33,082 nt of DNA from an uncultured Fimbriimonadales bacterium (GTDB taxonomy: Bacteria > Armatimonadota > Fimbriimonadia > Fimbriimonadales > GBS-DC): the NCBI GenBank assembly GCA_964595265.1, contig CAZQPV010000004.1:6576-39657 (forward strand), given 5' to 3'. The notes beneath the pieces were generated by a model. It worked only from the letters and a program-made list of their open reading frames with translations. It searched no databases and had not been told where the DNA came from. The position numbers and the translations under genes are program-made. Positions 1-8,888 of the stretch are shown in pieces (the first letter of the stretch is position 1; each line of letters begins with the position of its first letter).

Positions 1-17
1 AGGCGAGGGGTAGACCG

Positions 18-806
18 ATGGCGCACATGAGCTTGGAGCAATGGTATCGGTATCTAGAGTCGCAGTTTGAGTCGGAGAGCCGGTCGGCGGCGGAACCGAA
101 GCAGGAGGCGTCCCCTGTGGAACTAGAGACGCCCGATGGGGAGCCGCCGAAGGCAGAAGCGCCTGCCCCTGCTCTGGAGCCAGCACCTCCCCGCGCGACA
201 CCCCTTGCCTCTCAGCCCGTTGCGCCCGCTCCTCAGGCGCCCCCTGACCCGCATCCCGCGCAGATTTCGATTCGCGTGCCGCATATTCTGGAGTTCTTGC
301 CCATGTTGCGCCCCGAAGGGGAGCCGCTGACGGAAGCGGTGGCGCAGATGGAATCCACAGAAGCTGCTTCGGAACCCCCTTCTGACGGACCGCGCCTGCG
401 CAAACGCAAGCGACGCCCCAAAATTGACCCCAACGCAATCGTCCCGCCCGAAATCGACGAAATCTGGGCGAAACTGCCCCGCTACCTGCGCTATCTGGCG
501 GAGTGGACCGACGACAGCGTAACGCGCAAGTATTACCCTGCCCGCATTCGCGAGAGCCGTGAAGAGCTGATTGCCCGCCTCACCGATCCCGTGCTGACCT
601 TAGAGGAAACCGCCCGCCTGCTGGGTGTCTGCCCCGCCACCATCCGCCGCTACACCGATCGGGGCTGGCTCCGACATTTTCGCACGGGAGGCAATCAGCG
701 ACGGTTCCGACTCTCCGATATTGTGGCGTTTCTGGAAGAGCAAGCGAATCGACGCCCGCTGGGCAACCGCAACGCCAGCAAGGAGGAGACGCCCGACACG
801 CCGTGA
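18..806 (+). CDS. Excisionase/MerR-type HTH DNA-binding protein with Pro/Ala-rich N-terminal half
   Basis: ATG at 18 follows GAGGGG (6-10). The C-terminal segment LTLEETARLLGVCPATIRRYTDRGWLRHFRTGGNQRRFRLSDIVAFLEE fits the excisionase-family HTH pattern. The N-terminal ~130 aa is Pro/Ala-rich low complexity followed by a basic RLRKRKRRPK patch. There is no in-frame stop upstream inside the window, so the true start could lie beyond the 5' edge. Confidence 0.6.
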   Translation: MAHMSLEQWYRYLESQFESESRSAAEPKQEASPVELETPDGEPPKAEAPAPALEPAPPRATPLASQPVAPAPQAPPDPHPAQISIRVPHILEFLPMLRPEGEPLTEAVAQMESTEAASEPPSDGPRLRKRKRRPKIDPNAIVPPEIDEIWAKLPRYLRYLAEWTDDSVTRKYYPARIRESREELIARLTDPVLTLEETARLLGVCPATIRRYTDRGWLRHFRTGGNQRRFRLSDIVAFLEEQANRRPLGNRNASKEETPDTP

Positions 807-1975
807 AAGTCGCCCTCTTCTCCGAGAGCTACCTACCCTACCTGAACGGGGTCAGCATCTCGATTCGCATTCTGTACGAAGAACTCACCCGTCGCGGGCA
901 CGAAGTCTGGATTTATGCCCCCCGATTCAGGGGCTTTCAGGACCCTATCCCCACGGTGCGGCGCTTCCCCTCGGTCTACACCCCTTTTGAGCCAGATTAT
1001 CCGATAGCCGTTCCCGTGTCTCTGCGTCTGTGGCGCGAGTTTCGGCAGCAGCACTTCGATGTGGTGCATACCCATACGCCGTTCTTCACGGGGATAGCAG
1101 GCGCCCGCTGGGCACGCCGACTGAAAATCCCGCTGGTCAGTACCTATCACACGCTTTATGAAGAGTATCTGCACTATGTGCCTGCGCTGGTGCCCCGTAA
1201 TCTGGTTCGGCGCGTGCTACGGGCGCACCTCAAGCGCTACTATGAGGGTGTTGACGCCGTGATGACGCCTTCCAACATCGGCGCCGATGTGCTGAAACGG
1301 TACGGCGTGCGCAAGCCCATCACCCCCATCCGCAACCCCGTGCTGCCCTTCCCGGAGGTGTCCAGAGAAGAGGCGCGCGCGAAACTGGGCATTCCGACAG
1401 AAGTGTGGATGCTCCTCTATGTGGGACGGATGGCGCCCGAAAAGAATGTGCATCTACTGTTGCAGGCGATGCCACACATCCATCGGGCATGTCCCCAGGC
1501 GCAGCTGTGGCTGGTGGGTCCGGGACCCGCGTTGGAGTCGCTCAAAGCGCAAGCGGAGTCGCTGGGGGTCCAGGAGGTGGTGCATTTCACAGGACCTGTG
1601 CCGCGCGATGAGGTCTCCCTCTACTTGCTGGCGGGCGACCTGTTCGTGTTCCCCTCCGTTACCGAGTCGCAGGGGCTGGTGCTGGACGAGGCGCAGGCGG
1701 CAGGCTTGCCATGCATCGTGGCGAACGGCGGCGGCGCTCCCGAAGCGGTGGACTACGGCGCGAGCGGGCTGATTGTGGACCCCACCCCCGAAGCCTTCAT
1801 CGAAGCGGTGCTGCACCTCATGCGCCACCCCGAAGAGCGCGAAAAGCTGCGTCAAGCAGGACTGAAAAAGCGCGAAACGCTCTCTGTGCCCGCCGTCGTA
1901 GACCGTATCCTTGCCGTGTACCAGCAGGCGCAGCAGGCACATAGCCCCAGAACCGAAACCAGTCCCGTGGTGTGA
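803..1975 (+). CDS. GT4-family (GT-B fold) glycosyltransferase, glycolipid-synthase/SqdX-like
   Basis: The GTG start overlaps the upstream stop (GTGA at 803-806). The N-terminus MKVALFSESYLPYLNGVSISI and the EX7E motif (TESQGLVLDE) are typical of group-1 glycosyltransferases. Confidence 0.85.
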   Translation: MKVALFSESYLPYLNGVSISIRILYEELTRRGHEVWIYAPRFRGFQDPIPTVRRFPSVYTPFEPDYPIAVPVSLRLWREFRQQHFDVVHTHTPFFTGIAGARWARRLKIPLVSTYHTLYEEYLHYVPALVPRNLVRRVLRAHLKRYYEGVDAVMTPSNIGADVLKRYGVRKPITPIRNPVLPFPEVSREEARAKLGIPTEVWMLLYVGRMAPEKNVHLLLQAMPHIHRACPQAQLWLVGPGPALESLKAQAESLGVQEVVHFTGPVPRDEVSLYLLAGDLFVFPSVTESQGLVLDEAQAAGLPCIVANGGGAPEAVDYGASGLIVDPTPEAFIEAVLHLMRHPEEREKLRQAGLKKRETLSVPAVVDRILAVYQQAQQAHSPRTETSPVV

Positions 1976-2032
1976 GGCGCGATGAATCCTGAAGGGAGCG
2001 CGCGCGCTCTAACAATTCAGGAGGGAAAAACG

Positions 2033-2911
2033 ATGAGAAGGTTTCTGGCTTTCTGGACGGCGATGGCGCTGGCTTGGCTGGCGCAGGCGCAACAGGCGCC
2101 GCTGCTCACCGAGCCGACGCTGGTCTCCACCGAATGGCTGGCGCAACATTGGAACGACCCGCGTCTGCGGATTATTGACGCCCGCCCTTCCCTACGCGAC
2201 TACCTGCAGGGGCACATCCCGAACGCGGTGTATCTGAACACCGAGACCCTGCGCATTTCGCAAGGCGGTGTGCCCGCCCAACTGCTTCCCCCAGAGCGCA
2301 TCGCCGAAATTCTGGAAGCGCTGGGAATTGGCAACGAGCATACAGTGGTGGTCTACTCTTCGGCTGCGGAAGGCGACCTTTTTGCGCACGCGACCTATGT
2401 GGCGTTCGTACTGGAGTGGCTGGGGCATCGGAGCGTCGGTGTGCTGGACGGCGGGATTGAAAAATGGCGCGCCGAGGGGCGTCCGCTAAGCCAGAGCTTT
2501 CCCCGCCTCCCCAGAGCCATCTTCAAGCCCAACCCGCAGAATCAGCTGCTGATGGACGCCTCCGCGCTTCAGAACGCCCTGCTAACCGGGCAGGTAGTGG
2601 CGCTGGACGCACGCGCCCCTGCCGTCTACCAGCAGGGACACATTCCCACCGCCCGAAACGCCTTTTTGCGCAACAACCTGCAAGGGGAGACGGTGCTGAC
2701 ATGGCGCTCCCCTGAAGCGCTTCGCGCGATGCTGGAAGGAATGCAGGTCACCATCAAGCAGCCCGTAGTTGCCTATTGCACCAGCGGGCGCGAGGCGAGC
2801 CAGCTCTGGTTCACCTTGCGGCATGTGCTGAAACTGCCGAATGTGAAAATCTACCCCGGCTCGTGGATTGACTGGACCGCCCGCCAGATGCCAGTGGAGA
2901 AGGCGCCGTAA
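2033..2911 (+). CDS. Exported tandem-rhodanese sulfurtransferase (thiosulfate/3-mercaptopyruvate sulfurtransferase family)
   Basis: I chose the ATG at 2033 because GGAGGG (2020-2025) lies 7 nt upstream; the ORF-track start at 1982 has no SD. The signal peptide is MRRFLAFWTAMALAWLAQA/QQ. There are two rhodanese repeats (GHIPNAV... and GHIPTARN...) and an active-site loop YCTSGREAS. Confidence 0.8.
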   Translation: MRRFLAFWTAMALAWLAQAQQAPLLTEPTLVSTEWLAQHWNDPRLRIIDARPSLRDYLQGHIPNAVYLNTETLRISQGGVPAQLLPPERIAEILEALGIGNEHTVVVYSSAAEGDLFAHATYVAFVLEWLGHRSVGVLDGGIEKWRAEGRPLSQSFPRLPRAIFKPNPQNQLLMDASALQNALLTGQVVALDARAPAVYQQGHIPTARNAFLRNNLQGETVLTWRSPEALRAMLEGMQVTIKQPVVAYCTSGREASQLWFTLRHVLKLPNVKIYPGSWIDWTARQMPVEKAP

Positions 2912-3098
2912 GCCCCTTAGCGGCGGTTCGGCTGCTATCGCATTCCATTCCCAGCGCCGCCCATGTGGAGTACATGGGCACAGATTCAACGCTGTGGTGC
3001 GCCATCTGGCGTTGGGCATTCTCACGCCCCTGCTGATGACAAAGCTTGCACAGGACGATACGGAGACACGAGTTCAATATTGACGAAAGACCAGCAGG

Positions 3099-3104
3099 TA
3101 TTTT
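3099..3104 (+). promoter_or_regulatory. Possible -10 element (GGTATTTT) for the 3143 gene
   Basis: caGGTATTTTag keeps the GG prefix and the T1, A2 and T6 positions seen at the other promoters in this window. It lies 39 nt upstream of the GTG start and before the SD GGCGGAGGAA. No convincing -35 element. Confidence 0.3.
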
Positions 3105-3142
3105 AGTAGTCCCCGCGTAGATTAAAGGCGGAGGAATCAGCA

Positions 3143-5437
3143 GTGCCCTGGCGATGGTGGATAACAGCAGGTTTTTTGTGGCTCGGATGCCATATGGGCT
3201 TTGCCCAGACGGCTGAGCCACAGGTGAGCTTTGCGCCGGGATGGTACACCTTCCCCGAGATTGCCCAGGCGTTTTCTGTGGAGGGGCGCAGAGTGGAGTG
3301 CGCGGCGAGCTTGCGCCAGCAAGTAGCGCTGGTTCACCTCAAGCCGCGCCCGTGGAGTCAGGCAAGAAAACTCATCTGCTCTGGTCTGGATGTACGCTTC
3401 CGCCCTGTGAGAAAAAACCACTGGGTGATGGAGCGTCTCCCTGAGGTGACGCAACGCGAGGCGCGCTGGCGTGAGCAGTTCAAAAAGCACCTCCTGCAGT
3501 CTGCCCAGAAAGAGATTGAGTTTCAAACCCGTTATGAAGGTGGGCGGGCGCTGGTGCGCAATCTCACGCCCGAACAGCGGCAAGAGCTGGTCGCCGTATA
3601 CTGGCGCTACGAAGATTGGCAGGAACAAAATAGAAAACAGAAACCGCGTGTGAGCCTCGAAAAAGCGCCTGCCAGCATCTTCGAAGTCGGCGAAGGGTTG
3701 TGGCGTTATGCCCAGTCGTGTTATCCGATCCTTGCTGATAGGATTAGGCGATGGTTTGGTATCAGTGCCAGTGATAATCCGACGCTCCAAACGCGTGCTG
3801 CGCTCATCCTGCTGGGAGGCTATGCGGTGTCTCTAGAAAGGCGTCAGGTATGGGAAGCCATGCCTCCAGAGTTATTGCTGGAGATGTGGCAGGTGAACAG
3901 GCGCCTCCATGAGTGGCTAAAGCAGTGGTGGCAAGAGAACGAGGCAGCCTACGAAGACGACCCCGAAGCAGCGTGGAAAGCCTCGCTGGAGGCGATGCCG
4001 CTGGGGCGCGATTCCTTCAGTGAGGCGCTCTGGCGCGCTCTGGAGCCGCACCTCCTAGCCGTAACAGAAGACCTACGACGGCAAAACGATCCAGCGAGCG
4101 AGCTGAATCCAGAGATGCAAATGAAATGCGCGCTCGTTTATCTGAATCTGAGGTTCCATACCGAAAAAGATTACCGTTTTCGGGACTTCTACTATCACTT
4201 GCTGGCAGACAAACGGTTGCTGGATGCTCTGCTGAACGAGGCTTTCGAGAATGGCAAAGTCGTACAAACGATTCCACCGAATGCTCTGGTGGAAGACCCG
4301 AGGCTGGTTCCCTTGCTGATGAGCGAGGTGGGCGACGTGTCAGAGGAGGTCCGCACAGAGGGTTGGGTATGCGTTTACAGCACGAAGTGGTCGCTGTTGC
4401 AACTGGCGTTCTCGGTCATGTGTGTTCCCGTGCATGCCTCAGGGCGCAAGGCGAGTTACAAATGGATATTTTTCTACGACATGTTTAACAAGGACGATCC
4501 AGAGACGGACGGGACTGAGACAGTCCTTGAAGCGCTGAGCAAGGATGCGCAGACGCTTTACCAGCAGCGGCGGGCGCAAACGCAAAGCGTACTGGAGTCG
4601 CCTCTGGGCAAGCAGAAAGTTAAGCTGAACCTGTCTATGCGTTTCCCCAGCCGGCTCCATCTGTTCATGAGCTGGGCACAGGCAACGCAAGCAGAGGTGA
4701 TTATGGAGCTGACGCCTGTTCGGTGGACGGAGCCGATGTTTTTGAACACGCCTGCTCCAGCCACCGCCTCGCTTCAGGAACTATATCAGATACTCCCCGA
4801 AGATGATTTTCCTGTGCCCCTGCACACCACTATCCAGATGCGTCAGGAGCAGGGCGTCCTGATTGTCTCCAACATGCTGGCGTTTCTGGATCGCGCCATC
4901 GATTACCCCGCGGCGTCGCTGTTGCGCTTGCACAGAAACAGTGCCGTTCCCAATGAGAATCTACCGTGCAGTGCGTGGATTGAGTTCTGCCGCGAGGTTT
5001 CCCCGTTGCAGGCGCGCTGGTTAGACGCCATCGGCTGGCTCTGGTTCGAAGACTCGCTGGCTTATGCGCGCTTGTCCGACTTTTACCGCCTGTATCACGG
5101 CGTGCTGGCAGGACGTGAACATCTCCTCAAAACAGGCGGCGTCATACGCTTTGACACATGGACGCCGCCTGCCTTGCAACGGACGATTGCGCTCTGGCAG
5201 TCCGTTACCCCGTCAGTTGATGAAGGGGATGCGCTTCTGTTCCACCCTGCCTTTCCCGAATGGCTGCGCCAGCACCCGATGGTGCTGGAGCCTATCCAGT
5301 TCACCCACGATAAAGCGACAAACGAGTTTCGCTGGAAGCTCAAGTGCCGATTCGCTGACTTTGATAGCAATCTGGGCGTTAGTGGCTCATTCTGCTACCC
5401 CGCCTCGCCCGAACCCGAAACCGAGGAAAAACTGTGA
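3143..5437 (+). CDS. Large secreted protein of unknown function (paralogue of 27103-29103)
   Basis: The GTG start follows GGCGGAGGAA with a 6-nt spacer. It has an N-terminal signal peptide (MPWRWWITAGFLWLGCHMGFAQT) and a 764-aa uninterrupted ORF. I recognise no catalytic motif. The N-terminal ~150 aa aligns by eye with the 27103 protein, including a shared LTPEQRQEL / MTPEQREKRL motif. Confidence 0.65.
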   Translation: MPWRWWITAGFLWLGCHMGFAQTAEPQVSFAPGWYTFPEIAQAFSVEGRRVECAASLRQQVALVHLKPRPWSQARKLICSGLDVRFRPVRKNHWVMERLPEVTQREARWREQFKKHLLQSAQKEIEFQTRYEGGRALVRNLTPEQRQELVAVYWRYEDWQEQNRKQKPRVSLEKAPASIFEVGEGLWRYAQSCYPILADRIRRWFGISASDNPTLQTRAALILLGGYAVSLERRQVWEAMPPELLLEMWQVNRRLHEWLKQWWQENEAAYEDDPEAAWKASLEAMPLGRDSFSEALWRALEPHLLAVTEDLRRQNDPASELNPEMQMKCALVYLNLRFHTEKDYRFRDFYYHLLADKRLLDALLNEAFENGKVVQTIPPNALVEDPRLVPLLMSEVGDVSEEVRTEGWVCVYSTKWSLLQLAFSVMCVPVHASGRKASYKWIFFYDMFNKDDPETDGTETVLEALSKDAQTLYQQRRAQTQSVLESPLGKQKVKLNLSMRFPSRLHLFMSWAQATQAEVIMELTPVRWTEPMFLNTPAPATASLQELYQILPEDDFPVPLHTTIQMRQEQGVLIVSNMLAFLDRAIDYPAASLLRLHRNSAVPNENLPCSAWIEFCREVSPLQARWLDAIGWLWFEDSLAYARLSDFYRLYHGVLAGREHLLKTGGVIRFDTWTPPALQRTIALWQSVTPSVDEGDALLFHPAFPEWLRQHPMVLEPIQFTHDKATNEFRWKLKCRFADFDSNLGVSGSFCYPASPEPETEEKL

Positions 5438-5457
5438 AACTCATCCTGCGCCTTTGC

Positions 5458-6576
5458 TCACCCAATCTCCCGAATCTGGGTGGGTGGCTCGGCGTTCAGC
5501 GAAACCGCGCCCTCTTCCGTAAGGGTATACACATTCTCGATTCGCACGCCGAACCGCCCTGGCAGGTAGATGCCTGGCTCAATTGTGAAGCAGTGCCCTA
5601 CTTCCAGCGGACTGGTGTTGCCTTCCACGAGGTAGGGCGGCTCGTGGACGGATAGCCCGATTCCGTGTCCTGTGCGGTGGACGAAGTAGTCGCCGTAGCC
5701 TGCTTCGGTGATAACGGCGCGGGCGGCGCGGTCGACTTCCTGCGCGGGCACGCCGGGCTTGGCAGCCTCGCGGGCGCGCATGTGGGCGTCGTAGACTATC
5801 GTGTAGAGTTTTTTCGCCTCCTCTGGTGCGGCGCCCACGCTCACCACGCGCGTGATGTCGTTGCAGTAGCCTTCGTACACCCCGCCGAAGTCAATCACAA
5901 TCACATCGCCCTGCTGGAGCAGGCGGTGTCCTGTGGTGTAGTGGGGTTTGGAGCTGTTCTCGCCTGAAGCGACAATCGGGATGCCGAAAGCGAGCTTGGA
6001 GCCTGCGTCGTACAGGGCGCGCTGGATGGCGAGCGCTACCGACCATTCGGTGTAGCCCTCGGCGCACAGCTCCAGCCCTGACGCCAGCGTCTCGTCGGTC
6101 AGGCGCGCCGCCTCGCGCATCAGGGCAATCTCGGTCGCGTCTTTCTGGGCGCGGGCGTGTGCCATCAGCTCGCCCCCACGCCGGAACAGTGCAGTGGGCA
6201 GAAACTCCTGCAGAATCAGCACAAACATCGCGGGCATCTCGTCGTCCACCGCTATCACGCCCGTCTCCAGCTGGGGATAGTCCTGAATCAGGCGCTGGAG
6301 TGCGCTGACGGGTCCTTCCGAGTCGTGCCACACATAGCGTACCGTCCAGCCCGCGGGGTTCGTTTCGGCGCTCTCTGCGCTCAGCGCGGGCACGAACCAC
6401 ACGGGGTCGCCCTCGCGCGGCGCCAGCAGGAACATCAGGCGCTCCAGCGGCGGCTCCGAAAACCCGCTCAGGTAAAACATGTTCACGGGCGTGCTGGCAA
6501 GAAAGGCGTCCACCCCTTCCGCCAGCATGCCCTCCTGCACTTTCGCCAACCGCTTGCGAAACAGCTCGTGTGCCAT
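5458..6576 (-). CDS. M24-family Xaa-Pro aminopeptidase/dipeptidase
   Basis: Pita-bread fold metal ligands are all present: DFGGVYEGYCNDITR (D, D), HRTGHGIGLSVHEPP (H), TIEPGIY (E), RIENV (E). I prefer the ATG at 6576 because GAGGTG lies 7 nt upstream; the GTG at 6585 is the alternative. Confidence 0.9.
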   Translation of the reverse strand: MAHELFRKRLAKVQEGMLAEGVDAFLASTPVNMFYLSGFSEPPLERLMFLLAPREGDPVWFVPALSAESAETNPAGWTVRYVWHDSEGPVSALQRLIQDYPQLETGVIAVDDEMPAMFVLILQEFLPTALFRRGGELMAHARAQKDATEIALMREAARLTDETLASGLELCAEGYTEWSVALAIQRALYDAGSKLAFGIPIVASGENSSKPHYTTGHRLLQQGDVIVIDFGGVYEGYCNDITRVVSVGAAPEEAKKLYTIVYDAHMRAREAAKPGVPAQEVDRAARAVITEAGYGDYFVHRTGHGIGLSVHEPPYLVEGNTSPLEVGHCFTIEPGIYLPGRFGVRIENVYTLTEEGAVSLNAEPPTQIREIG

Positions 6577-6588
6577 CCTTAACACCTC

Positions 6589-7254
6589 TCAGATTCGGAT
6601 CATCAGCCAATCGCTCAGCAGGTAGTAGATGCGTCCTATCAGCAGCGCCATACGCGCCATCACCGTGTTGCCGAATATCGCGCCCAGCCCTATCATCAGG
6701 AACCAGCGTCCCGCTGTCGCGATATGTTTCACCACGCCTTTCTGGGGATACGAGAAAGTGAAGTAGACCAGCACGGAAGCCAGAATGAGAACGAAAATCC
6801 AGTTTGTGAGAACGCCGAACAGGCTCACATCGGGGTTCGCGCTGGACATCCAGAGCGGGCGGGACAGCGTGCTGTTGAGCTGAACCACATAGCGCGAGGC
6901 GAACTCCTGGAAAAAGAGTCCTGCCGAAGTGCCCACCAGCGCGCCAATCACCAGACGGCTGACCCAGCCATAGCGCTCGCTATAGATGAAGTAGAGGTAC
7001 ATCCCAAAGGGCACGAGGAACGCCCACGCCCACTGACCCTGGACCCAGATAGGCGTAATCCAGTAGCGATAGAGGATATCCACGCCCAGCGGTCCCAGCG
7101 AGTAGCCCGCCGCCAGCCCGATATACATATGCTCGAAGAAGCGATAGATGGGGTTCTCGCGATACAGCAGTGAGTAAATCGCAAGGGTGCAGAGAACCCC
7201 AATCCACACATTGACTCGCTCTACGCTCAGTGGTAAGAATTGTTGCAGATCCAT
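6589..7254 (-). CDS. Polytopic membrane protein, unknown family (operon gene 6)
   Basis: 221 aa with about six hydrophobic helices. The SD AGGAGGG lies 8 nt upstream of the ATG. It starts 4 nt after the upstream gene and ends 3-12 nt before the peptidase start. Confidence 0.7.
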   Translation of the reverse strand: MDLQQFLPLSVERVNVWIGVLCTLAIYSLLYRENPIYRFFEHMYIGLAAGYSLGPLGVDILYRYWITPIWVQGQWAWAFLVPFGMYLYFIYSERYGWVSRLVIGALVGTSAGLFFQEFASRYVVQLNSTLSRPLWMSSANPDVSLFGVLTNWIFVLILASVLVYFTFSYPQKGVVKHIATAGRWFLMIGLGAIFGNTVMARMALLIGRIYYLLSDWLMIRI

Positions 7255-7258
7255 GGCA

Positions 7259-8098
7259 TCAGCCCTCCTGCCTTGATTGGAGACGGTTCATAAACAGCGC
7301 TAAGTTGCCCAGAAAAATGAACAGAATAATCAGCACATGCGAGAACGAGATGGCGTTCACGAAGCGCGTGCCCAGTCCGACGATACCGAGCAACTGCTCG
7401 TATTCCTGAGCGCCTTTGGCTCCTGTGAGCATGCCTTTGATTTGTCCTGAGTCAAGGAAGGTATAAGCTTCTGCCGCCATCACCGAGGTGGGACAGTAGA
7501 GGATACGGGTCTCCTTGGGGGCATAGGAAATCCAGAAAGGCATTGTGGCTGAAGGGGTTACATCGATAATCATCTTATACTGGCGTAGCGAGGTAATGCC
7601 CTTCAGCAGGGGCAGTTCGCTCACAGGGTTCCCGCGCACATCTTTTTTGATGGTATCGGGCAGGTTATTGACCATGCCCTTAATCGCCACAATCAGGTTG
7701 GTTACAAACCCGAAATGCGCCCAGTCGCGCCCATATTCGTAGCCTCCTTCTGGCGTGAGACGCAATGCCAGTCGGTACGAAATGTCGCGCGACTGAGCTT
7801 CCACCGAGATGAGGGTAAACTTGACCTTCTTACGCATCAGATGGCGAATGACCGCCTCCAGCTGGGGTTGATTCTCGGCAATGGTGCTGGCGCTCCAGTT
7901 GGAGGAAATCATCACAAGGTCGCCCGGCTGGAGCTTCTCGATCTCATCATAAAACTTCTGCACTGGCGGCGAAACGGCAGCACGCATCCGGATGGGCACC
8001 AGCAAAAACAGCACGATATTCGCAAACAAGAGCAGGTAGAGAAGGCGCCTGTCGATGCTCAGCATGCGCTCCCAGATGCTCGGTCCTTGTGTCTGCAT
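7259..8098 (-). CDS. Bitopic membrane protein with ~200-aa central soluble domain, unknown family (operon gene 5)
   Basis: 279 aa. N-terminal TM is LLYLLLFANIVLFLLVPI and C-terminal TM is FSHVLIILFIFLGNLALFM. The SD AAGGAGGAA lies 6 nt upstream of the ATG. Confidence 0.7.
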   Translation of the reverse strand: MQTQGPSIWERMLSIDRRLLYLLLFANIVLFLLVPIRMRAAVSPPVQKFYDEIEKLQPGDLVMISSNWSASTIAENQPQLEAVIRHLMRKKVKFTLISVEAQSRDISYRLALRLTPEGGYEYGRDWAHFGFVTNLIVAIKGMVNNLPDTIKKDVRGNPVSELPLLKGITSLRQYKMIIDVTPSATMPFWISYAPKETRILYCPTSVMAAEAYTFLDSGQIKGMLTGAKGAQEYEQLLGIVGLGTRFVNAISFSHVLIILFIFLGNLALFMNRLQSRQEG

Positions 8099-8111
8099 CG
8101 TTGGTTCCTCC

Positions 8112-8888
8112 TTATGTAACGCCGCGCTCCAGGCTCAGCCACAGGCGGATTGCCATCGCCAGCCCGCCAATCCCGACGCCGAACTCTATTGCACGCTGAA
8201 CAGGAGCGTTCAGCGAGTTCAGAATCCAGTTCGCTACGCTCGGCAGGTACGGGCTGAGCTGCGCGCCAAGCGGCACCACGCCAATCATCACCACAATCGC
8301 GGTGAACATCAGAATCCCCGCCTCTACCGAGCGGATGCGAAAGGCACGGTAGGCGGCGGAAAAGATGTAAAAGGCAATCAGGGAAAACATCGCCGCGTCT
8401 AACTGCACCAGCGTGTAGTCAAATAGCAGCTTGAAGCCCTGCTCCAGCAAGGGGGTTTTCTCCACCAGCCCCTGCTCCGAGAGCGTGTTGGCGATGCTGA
8501 AAGTCGCCATCACGGCAAACGAAATCAGCAACACCAGGCTGTATCCCCACTGAGTGCGCCGTTGAACTACATTCCTCAAGTGGAGCCGTATTAAGCCATA
8601 GGTTCCCAGCGCCAGCGCCAGTGCTGTAACGACCTGTAGAGCCTGTTGGGCAGGCTGGATGGCTTCAGTCAAAAAGTTCTTTTGTTCTTCATCAACGGGG
8701 AAGAAAAATTCGGTAGCAAAGAAGAGACCTGCAAGAAAGGTAATCGTTACGATAATCGCACGCCGACCGCGGGGAGGTAGGGCATGCAACAAGGGCACTA
8801 GCCCCATCATCATGATGAAAGCGCCCAGCACAATCATCCAGAGGATTAGCTGTCCTGTTGGCGAGTTCGGGTTCTGTATTTGCCACAT
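8112..8888 (-). CDS. Polytopic membrane protein, unknown family (operon gene 4)
   Basis: 258 aa with about seven hydrophobic helices. The start overlaps the upstream stop (TAATG), and the SD GGAGGGGG lies just upstream. Confidence 0.7.
   Translation of the reverse strand: MWQIQNPNSPTGQLILWMIVLGAFIMMMGLVPLLHALPPRGRRAIIVTITFLAGLFFATEFFFPVDEEQKNFLTEAIQPAQQALQVVTALALALGTYGLIRLHLRNVVQRRTQWGYSLVLLISFAVMATFSIANTLSEQGLVEKTPLLEQGFKLLFDYTLVQLDAAMFSLIAFYIFSAAYRAFRIRSVEAGILMFTAIVVMIGVVPLGAQLSPYLPSVANWILNSLNAPVQRAIEFGVGIGGLAMAIRLWLSLERGVT

Noticed and set aside
18-806. Excisionase-type HTH as a marker of a prophage or integrative element
   Set aside because: No integrase, phage genes, att-like repeats or composition shift are visible downstream, and the gene is coupled to a housekeeping-type glycosyltransferase. 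Upstream sequence is outside the window, so this cannot be fully excluded.
2033-2100. Twin-arginine (Tat) signal peptides on the exported rhodanese (MRRFLAF), the amylase (MRRISTLF) and the 27103 protein (MRRLWML), given that tatC lies nearby
   Set aside because: The RR follows the initiator Met directly, with no extended n-region, and the S/T-RRxFLK consensus is only partly met. These fit short Sec signals equally well. TatP/SignalP would be needed to decide.
2959-2979. Hairpin gcccatgt-ggagt-acatgggc downstream of the first rhodanese gene as an intrinsic terminator
   Set aside because: The 8-bp stem is real, but it has no T-tract and lies 48 nt past the stop. That is too weak to call. The same applies to the wobble-containing stem at 2919-2938.
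3080-3085. TTGACG as a -35 box for the 3143 gene
   Set aside because: It is a good hexamer, but it sits 13 nt from the GGTATTTT candidate -10. At 17 nt the partner hexamer is TTAGTA, a poor match. The spacing is inconsistent.
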